64,000 nucleotides of DNA from a virus (Duplodnaviria; Caudoviricetes): the IMG/VR virus record IMGVR_UViG_3300037247_001786, positions 64,001 through 128,000 of that record, one strand, 5' to 3'. Positions 62,958 through 64,000 of this stretch are shown here, piece by piece. Numbering within the stretch: position 1 is the stretch's first letter; every line of letters begins with the position of its first letter. The position numbers were made by a program, and so were the translations under genes. The notes below the pieces were generated by a model. That model was not told the origin of the DNA and ran no database searches. It saw nothing but the letters and a program-made list of their open reading frames with translations.

Positions 62958-64000
62958 ATGGCTTCAAGAGACACTATAGGATTTTTATGCTACAATAATT
63001 CAGAATTAGTTAGAGATGGATATATTGACTCCGTTGTAGCTCTTGAACATAATGCTGATGATTTTAATTTTCGAAAATTAACCAGAAATAGGAAAGGTGT
63101 TACATATCAACTTATAAAAGATGATCCAGATGACCCAGATAAGATAACTAAAGTAATCGAAAGAAGAAAACTTCTTCCTGCCGAAAAAATTAAGATAGAA
63201 ATTCAATTCGGAAAAACTCTTAAAAATGCAGTAACTCACCCTATCGCTCCCGGAGCTATTCCTGGATTTGTTGGTTTTTTAGTTGGAAATCCGTTAGCTG
63301 GAATAGGCTTTGGTGGAGTAACTTCAGGATATACTGATTTCGTATATGACATTATAGATTCAGAGATGAAGATAAATGAGAAAATTAAAATAACCCAAGA
63401 GGTGTTAAATACTGGTATAATTACTTTTGATTCTTTTCCTGTTTCTATTTTTGGAATAGTTAGAGAGTATCAAGAAGAATTGTTAGACGATGCAGCAGTT
63501 GCCCAATTTAAAGAAACTCATCCACAAGGAAGAGTAGAGCTAGACCCTGTTACTGGAGCAACGGTCGGTAAGGTCGGATTAGATTTTACAGGAGAGCAAA
63601 CAGAAAGGATAGGGCAGCACAGTAGAGGGTCATATCAGGGGGGACCGAGAAAAAGAATTGATGGAGCTACAAATAAAGAGGGACAATTCGGAGAAGTTGG
63701 GGTTCCTCGTATACAAATAGTGGAAAATCTTGGCGACTCTGGAGAGCCTCCGGATCAGGAAGTAGTATTACTTGCCGGTCAGGAAAATATTTTTGTTGAG
63801 ATAGTAAGAGATTATAGAAAATTAAAATTTAGAGGAGACAATAGGGACGTTAGTGGGCAAAGGCGTTATCCTTTTAAAAATAGAGGATTAGATGATGTCA
63901 CGGATAATAGCATAAGAATAGATTTAGCTCATCTTCGTTTAGATGATACTATTTATATTACTTTTTGCACATCTAGTAAGCGTAGGGTTCGCCAAGCTAT
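62958..64000 (+). CDS. Partial CDS, putative tail-tip/baseplate-region protein (runs off the window)
   Basis: Frame is open from the ATG at 62958 (MASRDTIGFLCY...) to the end of the window. Confidence 0.55.
   Translation, partial: MASRDTIGFLCYNNSELVRDGYIDSVVALEHNADDFNFRKLTRNRKGVTYQLIKDDPDDPDKITKVIERRKLLPAEKIKIEIQFGKTLKNAVTHPIAPGAIPGFVGFLVGNPLAGIGFGGVTSGYTDFVYDIIDSEMKINEKIKITQEVLNTGIITFDSFPVSIFGIVREYQEELLDDAAVAQFKETHPQGRVELDPVTGATVGKVGLDFTGEQTERIGQHSRGSYQGGPRKRIDGATNKEGQFGEVGVPRIQIVENLGDSGEPPDQEVVLLAGQENIFVEIVRDYRKLKFRGDNRDVSGQRRYPFKNRGLDDVTDNSIRIDLAHLRLDDTIYITFCTSSKRRVRQA

Noticed and set aside
1-64000. Stop-codon reassignment (alternative genetic code)
   Set aside because: Long genes are intact in code 11, coding density is high, and TAA, TAG and TGA all end genes at sensible boundaries.
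1-64000. tRNA or rRNA genes, DGR or retron
   Set aside because: No cloverleaf with T-loop and CCA context, no rRNA-like sequence, and no reverse transcriptase motif was found by eye.
1-64000. Archaeal virus or Borg-like element
   Set aside because: Sigma70-like -35/-10 promoters, Rho-independent terminators and AGGAG SD sites point to a bacterial host; no intergenic perfect tandem-repeat system is present.

Overview
A 64 kb AT-rich segment of a large tailed dsDNA bacteriophage (Caudoviricetes, probably jumbo-sized), read in the standard genetic code with bacterial Shine-Dalgarno sites. 0.9-17.5 kb is a head module: several acidic putative internal or scaffold proteins, a portal with a C-terminal DUF559-like nuclease domain, a 1834-aa prohead protease/scaffold, a decoration protein and a compact HK97-fold major capsid protein. 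17.6-20.8 kb is an inserted unit: an ART-fold gene, a large helical+TerD-domain protein, one multi-stem RNA and three covarying structured-RNA repeats. 21-32 kb holds signal-peptide, fibre and carbohydrate-enzyme genes plus a neck-like gene. 32-40 kb is a shuffled cassette array with LAGLIDADG, zinc-ribbon and EndoVII nucleases, HTH proteins and repeated junctions. 41-45 kb is a minus-strand paralog block. 45-54.6 kb holds radical SAM, PhoH and an actin-like ATPase. 54.7-64 kb is the tail module (adaptor, terminator, tube, frameshifted chaperones, tape measure). No terminase, sheath, tRNA, CRISPR array or reverse transcriptase was seen. The best novel-system candidates are the TerD-protein/ncRNA-array unit, the nuclease cassette array joined by orphaned LAGLIDADG 3' ends, and a K-x-A-(Q/S) plus MNWYK/FNLK motif code in head proteins. 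All family calls come from motif recognition by eye; no database or HMM searches were run.
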